This document shows positions 27,814-42,499 of a DNA stretch of 64,000 nucleotides, piece after piece. The DNA is taken from contig ADNK01001083.1 in NCBI GenBank assembly GCA_000320545.1, positions 63,683 through 127,682 of the forward strand, read 5' to 3'. The position numbers and the translations under genes are program-made. The notes under the pieces are model-generated. The model ran no database searches. It was not told the DNA's origin and was given only the letters and a program-made list of their open reading frames with translations. The stretch comes from Bigelowiella natans CCMP2755 (Eukaryota; Protista; Cercozoa). Numbering within the stretch: the stretch's first letter is position 1; each line of letters starts with the position of its first letter.

Positions 27814-28163
27814 TCCGTTTGCTCTCACACTTATGGGCAAGCACGTATATTTTTGCCGCCTAAAGTTTGAAAGCGCAAGCAGTTATAGAATTAATGTCTC
27901 GCGCATGTATGTGTATGCGTGTAGTTCTCACATCTTCAAGAGCTGACCAGTCAACACTCTTCTCTGGAAATCATTATGTAGTTTCATGAACGTAGGTAGC
28001 GCAGGATTAGATTGGATTTCAGTCAAATCGTCGAGAAAGCATCGTAACAAATAAAAACTATACTACTACATAGCCAAATAATATTGATGTTTCCCCAACA
28101 ATATCAATCTTCGCATTCCGAGGAGATGAAATTGCATGGCTTTGGCCAACTACGTTCAGGATA

Positions 28164-28239
<76 letters not shown>

Positions 28240-29281
28240 TGAGCTCGAAGTCACACCATGCTTAGTAGCCATAGTTTGTACATCGCTAAGATATGCTTTC
28301 AAAGCCTCTGCCTAAAAAAAACCAATCGACAAAAACAATACGAAAAATCTAAACTGTATTGCATTTCTCAGTTCCTCCGACACATCGTCATCATTTCCGC
28401 AATTTCACAAAAATAAGGCTACAAATATTGAGCAATTCAGCGAAGTGCCGGAGAGATAAATGGGTATTTTCTCCCAATTAATGAGTTTTCGCAGTGCAAA
28501 AAATGTTATAGCTTAGATCGATTAAATCGTTCCAACACCAGCTCAGCCTTGAATAAGATGCGGAAATTGATTATATTTGCAAAAGCGACCTGCATTGTGT
28601 AATTGTATGGAACTGTAGCAGCATCCGCCAAGCGAAGTGTTAAAAGGCCCCAGACCTTTTCGAGGAATGACAATGTACACATCACAGGTAAGAGAGGTCA
28701 TCCTCAGCTTTTTGAGGAGATGGGGAGACGTGTGTGGGGTGAGCTAATCATTTCACCTGCGACATTGCGACATGGTACCGAAAGCCAGGATCTCCCTTTG
28801 TTTTGATCAAACCAACAGTTATGCATACGGCTTTGAAAGGTGAGTAGAAATCAGGCAGGAAATGCCAGTAGCTTTCCATGCAATACGGCTTTACCCGCCA
28901 CAGGGTCAACGCCATTACTATTCTCAGTATTCTGAAATCTAATCGGAGCCAAGATGATTACCTGCCTCGCAACCCAATCGAAGCTATCGTACACGCTATG
29001 ATACGCGCCATACTTGGCATCTGCGTTGAAGTGAGAAAGACGGTGTGAGGGAATCAGAATTTGTTGTTTTGAAGTTGAGCAGAGAGATGATAGAGTGATG
29101 AGCGACCTGACTGCGTGCCGAACCACATATCAACCGATGGAATTCCCTGGTGGTTAGGCATTGCCGTGCACAGAATTGATAATGAAAAACAACACAGATA
29201 AGAAGGGGTTTCTCGCAATGGGTGAAGAGATTGCAAATAATCATCAGGGCGTTTTTTAATACAATAATTGCACACACGAAG

Positions 29282-29319
<38 letters not shown>

Positions 29320-29399
29320 TATGTAAAAATAAATTATAAAGTCAAATAAATGTGATCTAAACGTGTATATTTTCTTGCATGCATTTTTGTATACATATT

Positions 29400-29439
<40 letters not shown>

Positions 29440-30039
29440 TGACTAAATGATGTACGTACTATGCATCTTAGACTAGTATACGCTATTAGCCCTTCTATCC
29501 GTCACTTCGTTAACTTCTATGCCGCTCCTACTCACCAGATGCGTGAGGAAAGTCGTAAAATCCGATCCCCCCCCCAACCGCTTCATTTCGCCTTCGTTAT
29601 TGACAAATATACGTTGAGAAAGAATCCTTCTTAACTTTGAATGCAAAACAAATCATCCCGCACTTTATAAGGTACCGTTCCAAAGTTTGATGAGAGGCTG
29701 TTGTGTGTTAGGGTCAATCACGTCACGCAACACTCCAGCAATTGCCGACCCTTTCGCGACGAACGACAGCAATAATATAGATATAGAAGAAGCTGATATG
29801 AGATATATCTACTTTCAACTCAGGCTGACAGGATTAACCCCCCTCCTCAATAGTAGCATACGAATGTATGAAAACATGTTCCCATGCTCTTGGTTTCTTC
29901 TCTTTTCTCAAGGAATCAACTATTTATTGCAGACCGAAGACAGGGACTCCGCCAATGTTGAATTTTGTCCCAGTCACACCCTGCATGTATCATGATGAAG
30001 GCCTTACGATTTTAACCATACCCATGCAACTTAACAAAC

Positions 30040-30079
<40 letters not shown>

Positions 30080-30589
30080 ACAGCAGCACTCGTATGCAAA
30101 TAGTTGGCATTTGCAAGTGTTGTGTTGTAATGTCCCAGCTTCCATGCATCATCCCTTAAGCCACACAGTCTACGATGTTCTCCGAGTGAAACCGATTGTA
30201 GAGAGTCGGGAAACAAGCATCATCAAGACAAAAAAACAATACCGTATCAACATTGAGATAAGCTATAGCATTCTTCAACTCATCAGCGTGCGTCTCTCCC
30301 CTGAAACAAAGCAATAATAACCACGTCGATTCTTGTACGCACAACTATGAGCAGAGGCAGTGAATGTAGACACGAGGAGGGGGGGGGGGGGGGGGGGGGG
30401 TGGGCAAAGGAAACAAACGCAACCAGGCAACGCTTCCAATCAGGCCATGTTCTTCGCCGTCCCATGAACAGAGCCAAATGCTCCTAAGTCAGTTTAGAAA
30501 GCTCATATTTACCTACAGCCTATCAGCATGCTGTTAGTGGTATGGTGTGAGTGCTGGGCCAACTGTGCCGATACATATATTATATAAAA

Positions 30590-30634
<45 letters not shown>

Positions 30635-30804
30635 GTCGTGATCCCGTACAGCAGCACCTTTTAGGCCTCCATCCGTTGTGGAGAAGGATACCCAAGCCTC
30701 TAGCAACCTTAGGATATAGCATTAGATTTCAGCATGGTGGTGAGCAAATAGATCACATGGACCCTGCGTCAAGCACATTCACACACACAAACACATTTAT
30801 ATAA

Positions 30805-30839
<35 letters not shown>

Positions 30840-31538
30840 GCCGATTTTAAGTAAATGACACAAGAACCAAACATGCTGGAAAACATAGAAACTCTTACAC
30901 GATTCCTTTTTCAACCAATTCTGAAATCTACGGGGTGGATTATGAAAATCATCGGGCGATAACGGCTAAAAGCCTACTCGCCCGAGTACAAGCTTGATTT
31001 ATTCATTCTCTCTTTTCATTTGTAGATGACTTACTTCAAGCATTTGTGCCGTTCCGCTATTGGGGTCAGCAGCTCCATAAACCTGTTTTTATTGTAGAGG
31101 GGAGGGGGGGGGAGGGGGGGCAAATTAATTCAATTAGTCCATTTATTGATTATTGTAATCTTCCACTGACTTTGGGAGATCTCTTTGTTTACCTTCGTGG
31201 AAAACGTACCAAAAAGTTTAAAAACGAGAGGAGTGCTATATAACGATAATACTTCCTCTCACTCTTCTTCTCTCCTCGCCTTCTTGTGAGCGTTGTGCGT
31301 ATTGTATGTGTTGTTCGTGTAGTTATCCTCCTCCTCCTCCTCCTCCTCCTCCTCCTCCTCCTCCTCCTCTTTGCTGACCCATGCATCACGATGATTCCCA
31401 ATGATTATAGGAAAAGATTGGTTCGCTTCTTTGTCACGTCCGTGTATTTTCCCTTCACATTAAAGCACATACACATGGAAAAATGAGAAAATAAAGGTTA
31501 AGCAATTTAAAGTTTTGTTGTGAATATGTTTGTTGATC

Positions 31539-31612
<74 letters not shown>

Positions 31613-33180
31613 TTCCATCTATCTTATGATATGCATACCGATTACATTCCAGATAGGACTAGTCGCGTGTTTGTTTTTAATCTGAAGATTATTCAAAGGG
31701 CGTGATCAGCTGAAATGCACTTCTCTACTCCCCGAATGCTGTGCGTACATTGAGCTCCACAAGGTCCGATGAAGGCCCTATCCTATAACCCTGAAATAAA
31801 TTTAAAACCTTGACGAATTGCCTGGGTGTGTTCGCTTGCGTAACATGACCCAATACATCTCGCAGCATAAAAATTTCAAATGATGAAAATCGCTATGTAT
31901 CCTATTCCAATCCCCACTCCCCCCATATATATATATCATCCAGCTCTGTTTTAAAGACGACGTTTGCCAGATGAAGATCTCCGGTGAATTGAGGAGGAGC
32001 CATGGGGCCCTGTAGCGATTCCAATAGAGGCACCTGGCACATAGCATGGCTGATGAAATATGTAGAAGATGCTTCAACAATGAAATGCCCATGAAGTGCA
32101 ACGTGTGCGGGTGATGCGAGAAAGAAGTTTTAAGTCGTACCGCGTCTCCCCAACTGATGGGTAGCACCTGTTTTTATTTCAGAAAATACTTTTAGATTCT
32201 AGTGCTTGTGCACTGTTTTTTGGTAACTTGTTTGTGGGGCTACAAGATGACTGAAAATAGATAACCGAATAACTTTGCATGTTTTGCATCATCTCGCAAC
32301 GTGTTTCAGCTAACGCGTTCTAAGAATTTAACGAAGAAAATTCTCATTCTTTTTTTTGGATTTTTGCACCGGTATTTTGGGTACTAGATCAGAGCTGTTA
32401 TAGCCACAGGCATCCAGATCTAAACAGCAATCAAAAGGAACTCATTAGATTCAAAGTAGCACCGAATATTAACCATTCAAGCGGTCTAATTCTAAATGCT
32501 TCAAAGGATTTCTTATTTTTACTATGGCATTCTTGCACATGGCAAGATATTCCGATCAAATGCCAATCAAATGTTGCCAGAAACCCGATTTGGCAGCTGC
32601 TCATGCAGGCATATCACGAGGTGTGGGTCGTCGGTGACGTGTGCGAAAAGACACGTGTGCTCGAGGAGTAGTAGGATGTAATTTGGAAATGTTGCGTATC
32701 ACCTTTTGGGAGGTAAAGTCTTTGCGGATCCCCAGCGCATAAGTTGCTGAACTATTTGTCGTAAGGAGAGAGGCAGGGGCGGGGGGGTGATGATGCAAAT
32801 ATACGCGTCAGCTGTCCGCCTTCATGTACACGTATTGAATGATTTATGCCTTCGTCTCAATGTGGAAACAAAAGCAGATTTCGTTTTGAAAAAAATAGAT
32901 AAATAGAAGAATGTGCCAGTCAAGAAGTATCAATTGCATCGGCCACTAACCTGCATTGAGCCTCTCTGCACGCCGTACTTTGGCCTCCACGGCCCATCAG
33001 GATAAGTCGCTCCTTGGCTATACCTGGATGCAAGTAAGAGCAGCAGCAGCAGTGGGGAAGAGGGATATGGTGATGATAATCACGCATACGATCAGCCAAA
33101 CGAAATTTAGGTGTATGTATCAGAATAGATGTAGCATGGCTGGTCTAGGTTCAAGTACACACACACACACACACACACAC

Positions 33181-33217
<37 letters not shown>

Positions 33218-35652
33218 TGTACGTATCAGCCATGTCCTATCACACAAATTCTTTTTCATATTGACGAACTAAAATCTATCGTCGTCGCTTCAAGACACTG
33301 TAAGTGTAGAGCATTTTAAATTGGAATCGTACCCCCCCCTCCCTCCCCCGAAAACAACATACGTTTCCCAGCTGCGAAGGCAACGGTCGAGACACAAAAA
33401 AGGATAGTATTTGTGGAATGTTTCTTGGTCGCAACACACGCATGATAAAAAAAACGCAAGGTCTTCTTGAATTCTCCCACCCGTCTTGCTGCGGGTCACT
33501 GTAAATCAAAGCGCCTACAGCCCCTCTCTCCATCGCGTTCTTCACCTATGATCCATGTTGGTTTTGATTTGAATTTGCGTATTACGCACGCTGCATATCC
33601 TAAACATGGAAAGAAAGGTTGCAGTCGTGTATGTTTGTAAGAAGACATTGATTTTACGCTTGGCCTAGGGAATAGAGGTGCTAAGTGTGAATACATTAAA
33701 ATGCTGTCAGGGTTTTCCTCATTGTTAGCGTGATCGAAATGTGTATGTTTCTGTGCAATGCCTTTATGCCTCGATGAGACTCTCCATATCGTGCGATAAC
33801 AATCTATTTGTCACATTTTCATCCGAAAGAATCAATCAATTGCTTGCATGTGTGTCTGTGTGTGTGTGAGTGTGTGTGAGTGTTTTCCCTTCTGTACTGA
33901 AATGCTGCTACATGTCCAATAAAAAATAATAGCAATGCACATACACGAATCATATCAAGTAGCGTTGTCGTACGAAAGCGTGATGAGAAATTCAATTGGC
34001 TGCTACTACCTTGTTTGCGACTGAAACGCCAACAGATTCAAGGTACTGCATCAAACATGGATGGCCAAGGCATTATTACGTTGGAAAATGCACCATATTT
34101 TAGGTATTAGCAGCAGCATGTGTACTGTGAACATGGGTAAAGACGTATAAAGATCTAGTGCAAGTTCCATAACGCACGTCATAATCCTGCTCCAGTCCGA
34201 AGTTGACGTAGACCTGTTGATTGATGTTTCACAAACAATCATGTGATTGGACATGAAGCCATCCGTTTCACAGGAAAACTTTGTTATTTTACACTCTGTA
34301 TTGATGAAATTCTAACGATATCTCTGTATGAAGTCTTCAACTTAAATTCGTATCACGAAGCTATAATAACCAATATAATAAGGTTTAAAATTTAAAAGAT
34401 ACAAATGTAATATCGACTACTTTTGTCCAATAATATTTTTCTAAATATGTTTCTATAGGTAGACAACCAATGGCGCTGTTGCATTGCCGCTTGGAACATA
34501 CGCGCCAAACGTGTGATTCCTTTTTAATATCAAAACAATCATACCTTTTGCATGCATTCAGTTTTACAGATAGTGCAGGCTATAGCACAAACAAAATCTC
34601 ATTACTGCGGCTTCGAAACGGGAGAAAAAATCTTTGTTTCAAGCGACGGATATTGCCGGAATTAGCCTCGCAATTATAGGCCATGATTTTTATTGCAATG
34701 TATAATCTATGTAAGAGCTGTCCGAAAATTCAGTGAGAGAGTAAACAACCTCCACCATGTGTTGCTGGTATGGTCTTCGGGCAAGATGGGTTCAGCTAAC
34801 GCTGCTGTATATTTCACGGATCTTTGGGGATCTGCATCGTTTGTGTACGATATGAGCTTCAGACTCCGAGAAACGGGGTATGTCAATCCTGCAAGGATTG
34901 TTTGCACAGACACTTCATCTAGTCCGTATTCGTTGAAACGTGACCTACGTTCATTACATCATATTGACGTGTTTAAAGATAGGCTTATCTGAAGAATGCT
35001 CAATGCACAGAAACGGGTTTATCAATAGTGAGGATTTTAGTTTGTGAAAAGCATTCGAATCTAAGAACAGCTTCAATCGTCTACATACTCGATGAATCTC
35101 GCTGTCTCATTGTCCCCCTTTGTGCCGGCCATGTGGGGCTTAGCAGTTAATATGCGTAGGTTTTCGCGAGCAGATGTGCTGTTTGGAATCTATAGCCCAG
35201 AATGAAGCAGGGTGAATTAAAAATATAAATGATATTAGAACAATGGCGAGTGCTCGGCAACGGGGCGGCTAAGAGTTTAGATGGTGCTCTCCAAAATAGT
35301 CCAATTTGTAACTTTCGAGATCCATATCATCATTAATACCTCAAGAAAACTACGCTCAATTTCTGTAAGCTCTTTGAATGTGCCTGTATCGGCGAGCGTG
35401 ACAGGAGCTTGGGGCGTGTAGGGACTGTTGTCGCTGCTGCTGCTGCTGCTCCTGCTCACGAAGGCCTCGCGATCGATGTGATCGAACACATGAAATCTGC
35501 TCATTTATTGGTTAATCATATAAAAGAAGGTATGGTAGAGTGACACTCATTTGTGGTGAGGTGTAATGGTGGTGGTTTGACCCTTTCTCGCCCTTCTGAT
35601 GCGAACAAGCGATGGCTAGTCCAAACAAGAGATTGCTCCGTGCCGGCCACAT
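26048..35652 (-). CDS. Glutamate carboxypeptidase II-like peptidase (M28; PA domain, M28 catalytic domain, transferrin-receptor dimerisation domain) with C-terminal hydrophobic anchor; both ends approximate
   Basis: PA domain GAVGALIYSDPQQDG (~33500) and LPISWGDA (~32150). Catalytic motifs IIGNHRDAW (~31390), YGAADPNSGT (~31060), GWRPKR and SWDGEEHGLIGS (~30455), YGAYHSVYDSFDWV (~28990). Dimerisation domain NDSLAMVERGFL (~27460) and YGSDVFPAVMDSI (~26870). Confidence 0.9.
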
Positions 35653-36182
35653 GATCATCTATATTATTCACTTTATCAGAAAATGTCACCCTCTAGTTTG
35701 TTGTTCCATATCCCAGAATCACATCCTAGCCCTGCTCCGCCATCCTAATCGTCTCTGCTCTTACCGTGCGTGGCACGAAGCACGGGGGTCGGATAGAAAA
35801 GGACCAGCCGATCGATCTGCTAGCCTACTGTGAGCGTGAAAGTAACTAGAGTAAGTCAGCCATGAGGCATTGTCGCAGGTAGAAATACCATAGCATTTAC
35901 ACCAGTACGACAAATGAACTGCTTGGTTGGAACGAGGGCTCCTGGTAGTCGCAGCGCGGAAAAAGGGGCAAAATCCAGATGGCTTTGAACCGTGAAAGAG
36001 CGCGAAGGTGTTTGGTTTCGCTCAGGTTTGGGTAGACGCAGCCCAAGATTTCGTCGAGACACGAGACAATTGGCGTATTTTAAGGTATTTCAGCGGTATT
36101 TCGATGAAGAGTATCCGGGAATACTTCCTATTGGATCTTAATTTAGAGCTCGTCTTTCTCCACCCACCTCGTGCTTTGGAAA

Positions 36183-38829
36183 ATGAAGAAGCTTCGGGAG
36201 CGTCTTGGCCGGCTGAGGCGCAGGCAAAATTCTAAACCAAGCAGCAGCATTGCTACTTGTAAAGCTCCATGTAGGGATGGAAAGTGTAGCCAGGATGTGA
36301 AGTCCAGTGGTGATAACAAGCTAAGTATGAACACGAAGGCAGACGTTCCGAGACAACACTGCAACCTTGCCCAGAGGGAAATATCCAAGATCGGAAGCAA
36401 TGAGAAAGAAAATATAAATCCCACGTACACTGCCGAGAGTACTTGCCCTCTTTGTGGAAAAGACCTGGCTAACTTGTACATCGAGATTCGAAAGTTGTTC
36501 TAAATGCACCAATCTTGTTATTTTCATTATCTATGAAACTCGCATAATGTAGCCTCGTTAGCGACGGGACGCTGTGTTGAACATGATCGTAAAATAGATA
36601 CTAATCACTGAAACATCTACAGGTCCCATGTTCAAAACTGCTTAGAAGTGAGTCGCAAGAGGCCGAGGCAGAAGGAAGATGATGTTGCGTCCAGAACAAC
36701 AATGCCCCCGTTGAAGAAAGGCCCTTCTTCCATCCCACGTCTTCTTGCCTGCTCTCCTCGAAATCAATCATTTCATCCAGACCGTCATTGCTTTCTCTGT
36801 GGGGCTGATGCAAGTGGGCTGACGAATAGAGAATTCCAGGAACATATAAATCTTTGTTTAGATCAAAAATCGATGGAAAAACTCCTTGGAGTTTATGACC
36901 AGAAGGATATGGCAAACCAAGCACAGACAGTAGGGAACGAAGATCATAAAGAAGTTGATGAAGATGCTTTAGAAGGTAGGATTCGATGAAAAATTCTAAA
37001 TATATCAGGATCAACATCATGATTATGTTGTGTATCACCTCCCTTAACTCTAGTATTCTCTTCTCGTTTTCTACTATATTCTGATCTGGTAAAAAAAGGA
37101 GGAGAGCTGATGGCCAGTTCAAACTACACGTGCAAATACTGCGGAAAAAGCCTATCTGGACTTACGTTTTCCACCCGAGTCAACCATCTCAAAAAGTGCG
37201 AATTGGCTCCTAAAGGTTCGACAGCAGAAGAACAAGCAGAAGCTGCAGCGTCTAAAAAAGCCACGCTCCTAGACTTCTTCAATGTCCCACACAATCACCC
37301 TATAAAGAAACGAGAAAGGGTAGAGGCAATGAAGAAATCGTGGCAAGCAATTTTAACGGGTGGTGGAGGAGGGGGGGTTCGCCGGAGTAAAAAAAAAATT
37401 GGAGGAGGTAAAAGTAGTGCCGATACGCGCCAAAATAGTGGGAAAAAGATTAATTCCAGCAAAGCTTCAGCTACTCGAAAATCTGGGAGGGGGAGAAACA
37501 GTAGGGCTGGTAATAGTAAATTGAGGAAATACAAAGTGGGGGGGGTGGCGACCAAGCAGAATGTTCCATTTTGGAAGCTCTTACAAGGTTTGCAGAGACG
37601 ATAATAAACATGCCTGTATGCGTCCCTCAATAAGAATTTCAAAAGCATTTTCAGATTTTATTTTTTCTTAGATAAATATTTGCACAATATTTGAGTTTAC
37701 CTCGTAGAAGTATTTATTGTAAAACATAAAAACTTTTTTGTTTCTATTCTCTGCCTACAACAAAGATTGATTTATTCTATTTTTGGCATTTCATTATGGA
37801 GAAGTAGACTTTCCCTGTCGAATACGTACGACTGCAACATGTTTGGTATCATCAGGAACGAGGTTCATCGTTGACGGATTTCACTACGCAGATCGAAGCT
37901 TCCACTCGTCTTCTTCCTCCTCCGCCTCCCCCCATGTCTTTTTCTTATCACATTTTCACTCGGACCATTATACGGGTCTCACCAGGCATTTCTCCTCTGG
38001 GAAGATATATTGCACTAAGGTGTAGCGGGTTTTGTGTTTGTGCGTGCCTGTGTGTGTATGTAGGAGAGTGTGCTTGTGTGTGTGTGTGTGTGTGTGTGTG
38101 TGGTGTATATATGTGCACGTTGTGGAGACGGTGTACATGCAAGTGTTCGCAGCATGAGAGTATTCATGAATACTTCCAAAGCACGCAAAAGAACATAGCA
38201 CCGTTCGGTGTTCCCCGTAACTTGCAAAACTGTTAATACACAATACAGGACGATATTTATTATGTTTTTAAAAGGTAACTGCCCGGCTCCTCGCCTCTAG
38301 GTTCGGACTGCGAGGATGCGTGGAAGGAATGCCCCTTAATAAGCCGTTTACCGTTGACGACGCAGAAGTCACTTTCCTAGACGCAAACCACTGTCCGGGT
38401 TCAGCCATGATTCTTTTCGAATTACAAAAGAGCAGAAGGAAGTATCTTCATGTTGGTGATTTCCGATACACGTCAGAGATGCGTCTCTACCCGAAGCTCA
38501 AGGTGTGAGACAATACAAACGAAGAAGAAGAAGAAGAAGAAGACAGAAGAGTTCATTATCCGTGTTTTTGGGGTAATGGTGACTCTGACTCACGTGCAAT
38601 GGTGTTGCTAGGAATTGAAGGAGAGGGAGTTGGACATTATCTATTTAGACACGACGTATTGTGATCCGAAACGAGACTTTCCGTCGCAGAAGTTTTGCAT
38701 CGACTACGTAGCTCGGCACTGTGAGGTTGCTTTGCGGAGTAAGAAGGTAGTTGAAGTCTCAAAAAATGAGTCCCACATCCTTGTTGGAACCTCCACACAA
38801 ACTAAGTCGGGAAATGTGCGTTTTGTGTG

Positions 38830-38871
<42 letters not shown>

Positions 38872-41403
38872 ACATCAAAGACGCTTGTTTGCATCGGTGC
38901 GTACTCAATTGGGAAAGAGCGTGTGCAGCTCGGGATCGTGTCCCGCTGTAAAACAAAAATATACGTTGATTCGACAAGGTAGTGCTGGTAGAGGACACAG
39001 GGTTCGGTTTCAAAGGCATGAGCTTGCGAAAGGAGCGTGTGTTCTTTAGTGTTACGAGACGTCTAGCACGTTTTTTGGTGGCGTTCTACAACAAAATACG
39101 TGTTTTCTTTCATCCAAATAATAGCGAAAGACACTCCGAAAACGAGATATATTCTTATTGGTTTTAAAACGTACGACGCAAAATCTGATGAGTTTTTTGA
39201 GTTTCATCAAAGTTGGAACGGAGAGGAGGTGGTCCTGCTACTTCACGAACCCGGGCACATTACTTTGAATTTTTTTGAGCACAAAGTTTCTCTTTCGGTG
39301 TGCTTTCTCTTCTTACCTAATACGCACCACACGATGAAAAGGTACAAAACATACGCGCAGTTGGATCTGCCTTTTTCCACACTGGATTTCTCCAAATGCA
39401 AAACTCCGAAGCCGTCTTTATTTGGCCCTTCGACGGCGAAGAACCAACAAGCAGACGCAGATAAAGAGGGGGGCGGGTTTTTAATCGGGGACAGCAGCGA
39501 GTTGCATGCTGGTAATGAAGAGGCATCTGAGGACACCTTGCTTGGAGAAAGACCAAAAAAATATGAGGGTAGGAAGATACATAATTGGTGATGAGATGAA
39601 TATAATTACAGAGAACTAACTCGCCATAGGAACGTTTCTTCTTTATGTTCTTACACATTTTGCTTGTCTCTCCCTCTACTCAAAGAATCGATATCGTTTC
39701 GATCCTCCTTGTATCAGTGTGAAAACATAGAGTAGATTGTCATCACGATATTCGGTAATAGGTATGGGCAGATTAGACGTAGAAATGCAAGACGATCTTG
39801 AAGAGGCCTTACTTGGTCTCGATTTTGAGGGGAACACATCTGATAATCGAGGCACTGAAGAATGCAGAAATTGGAATACTCCCTCTCTTTTTCCAACGTA
39901 GAACAATCCTTTGCACCTGTACTTTTCATTATTTGGTTTCATTAACGATGTGAGCAACTCTACTGGGGACAGCAATCAAAAATCTAACCGCTAGTGATGT
40001 GTCGTGAATAATAAATATTTCGATTTTCTTGGGTCTAACGTAAACTGAAGGGGAAAAAATGTAACTTCCAGATTGAGTAAGGAACGCATGAAGGAGATCG
40101 AAAAGAAGGAGTCTATGAACAAGCATCTTCTCTCTTCGGTAAATTCTCCTTTGCATGTCTGAAGTTGGATAGCCGAAGTGCTCGTGTGCATTTGCTCCAC
40201 AAGGCGAGGGTGAGTTGATTGTGCTCACACGCTGTAAAACAGGACGACGAAGATGAAAAAGCCATAGCGCAGGAATCGCCTCAAGACAAATCGCAACAAC
40301 GTGGGACAACCGGCAGCACCAAGCTGAAGCCACGAAACATCACCGATGTGTACACGACGAACCCAAGGTATGAGAATACAAAGGATGTTTCAGATCTTAG
40401 GTTCACGGGGGAGGGGGGGGATGAAGAGGAGGACACATATCTAAGGCCAAACCTTTGAATTTCATTTATTGCTTTGATATTCCCTCAGGTGCTCGAACGT
40501 ACACGTAGTTCCGATGGGGTACGGATATGTTTCTTCGTTTCCGCTGCTGAAATGCATGCATTTTGAGAGAGAAAAAAAACTTGCACTACTCACACATGAG
40601 AAACCTAATCTGTGGTCCATCAGCTGGTTGAATAAATCACGCCTGGAAACCTATGCTGCATCGGTCGGGAGGTTCAGCAACATCGTCGCATTTCGGCCGA
40701 CAGGGTGGTCTGGCAACCGACCAAAATGCATCAGAAAAGGTCAAAGCGCCATCGCAGATTTGTCCTTTTTTCCCCGGTGTTATTCCACATGATGTAGGCT
40801 AACAATGGCTGCTTTTGGTTTTGACTGTCTTTTGATCAAACGGATGGAATGTATGAGAAAGATTTGATAGAGTGAGTGAGTGAGTGAGTGTGTGTGTGTG
40901 TGCTCTCAGGGAAAGTAACAATGCATCATGTTCCTTATTCGGAGCATAGCACATTCAACGAGCTTAGAGAATTTATTAGGTAAATAGTGTAGAAGAAATG
41001 GCATAAAAGTGGTAGATCAACTTTCAAAACACCGCGTTTCGAACGAGATTTTTGAAAGAACAGAAGGCAAACGACGACCTGGCATTGTATTGGAGCTAAT
41101 TTAGTATTATTAGATTGGGGAATAGATGTGTCTCTCATATGAGTACTTTGGTGTGTGTTGTAGATGGTTAAAACCCAAGCGTATTATCCCCACTGTTAAT
41201 GGCAAGGTAATAAAGCTTTATTTACATACCATAAATATCTCCGTGAATTTATTTATTCATACGCATTTGTGTGTGCTTGTCTTCTCGCCATCCATTGCAG
41301 TATTTTCCATACAATTCAAAATATTTCATGCATTTTCTTCGCAATATTTCGTCGTTAGGAGTGGAAAGCCATTCTTAGGCATTTCGAAGATTGTCTTCAC
41401 TAG
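36183..41403 (+). CDS. SNM1: DNA interstrand cross-link repair nuclease SNM1/PSO2 (metallo-beta-lactamase plus beta-CASP) with N-terminal zinc fingers
   Basis: FIVDGF...FLSHFHSDHYTGL (37860-37980), DANHCPGS and LHVGDFRY (38380-38470), YLDTTY (38640), IGAYSIGKERV (38900), VAFRPTGW (40690), VPYSEHSTFNEL (40930), IIPTVN (41185). Zinc fingers CPLCGKDL, CFLCG...HINLCLD and CKYCGKSL...HLKKC. Confidence 0.93.
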
Positions 41404-41599
41404 CACACACCCCACCTATTACCATCATGATCCTTGGCCGGCAAACAAGGATATGAGACTCCATCGATAAATGCAAGGCACAAGAGATAGTTCATAAGAA
41501 TTTCTTCCGTGCTCAAATTGAATATGTGCGTCTGTTAGGCGAGTGTATCATAGAATGCGCCATCTGCATATTATCATTTATCTTCCTTGTCTTTATTGC

Positions 41600-42380
41600 T
41601 TATAATGATGAGCTATTAACTAGTTAATACGGCTAGCATTGAATAATGTAAAATCGGCCTGCGTACGCGCACCGGATGTGACCGCGCGGACGCTGATAAG
41701 TCACTGTGTACGTGGATTTGAGAACCGAGTCACGTTCGGGTCTATTAAAACAATGCTATGAGTCCCTACATACTTGCAAGCATATACAATCGAGACGCTA
41801 TCGTCACTTAGATTTATACTGCATACTTGTTTTGCTTGCTCACGCATAATATTGCTGAGACAATCTGCAGCGGATATTCATCATTAGCGGTAGATCGACG
41901 TACATACATGATTAAAAATTGAAAGCGTCGAACAACTGCGTGATAATAATCATGTGATCAGCATGCACGCAGTGCGGCTGAAGACACGGGTTCTCATTGT
42001 AGATTGCAAATATAATGGTAGTTTACGCTGATGTATGTATCAAATGAGCTTAGCTAGATAATTAAAAAGTAAACAAGCTAACTAGCTAACATGACTGATC
42101 GAATCAAATAACACAATTATTGCTAGGTAGATCGCCTGCGCTCGCTGTGTGTGTCCCGAGAAGATAGACATGCACATTAATGTGCTTGTTTTATGAAATA
42201 GCATATACGTTTAATTACTGACAAATTGATGTCCCACATAATAGCATGTGCGCATGGAATAAAGGACGCGAGCTGTGTTTGCTGATCTATCACTAGCATC
42301 GATGTGAACTAGCTACACCTGCCCCTCGATCTAAAGATAAAAGAGGCAGCTAGGCAGCTGCATTATTTAGATATCTTAAC
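41600..42380. other. Palindrome-dense tract in tail-to-tail spacer
   Basis: Contains GCGTACGC, AGCATGCA, TTAGCTAGA, CTAACTAGCTAAC, TAGCATGTGCGCATG, CTAGCATCGATG and ACTAGCTA. Confidence 0.55.
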
Positions 42381-42499
42381 GCGAATATCAAATACATTTT
42401 ATGGGGACTTTTGCTGGGCTAATGACAATGACTATGATAATGCTGCGTGCACCAAGACATCTTGTTGGCGCTGTTATAAAGATGGTTGGAACAATGCTA

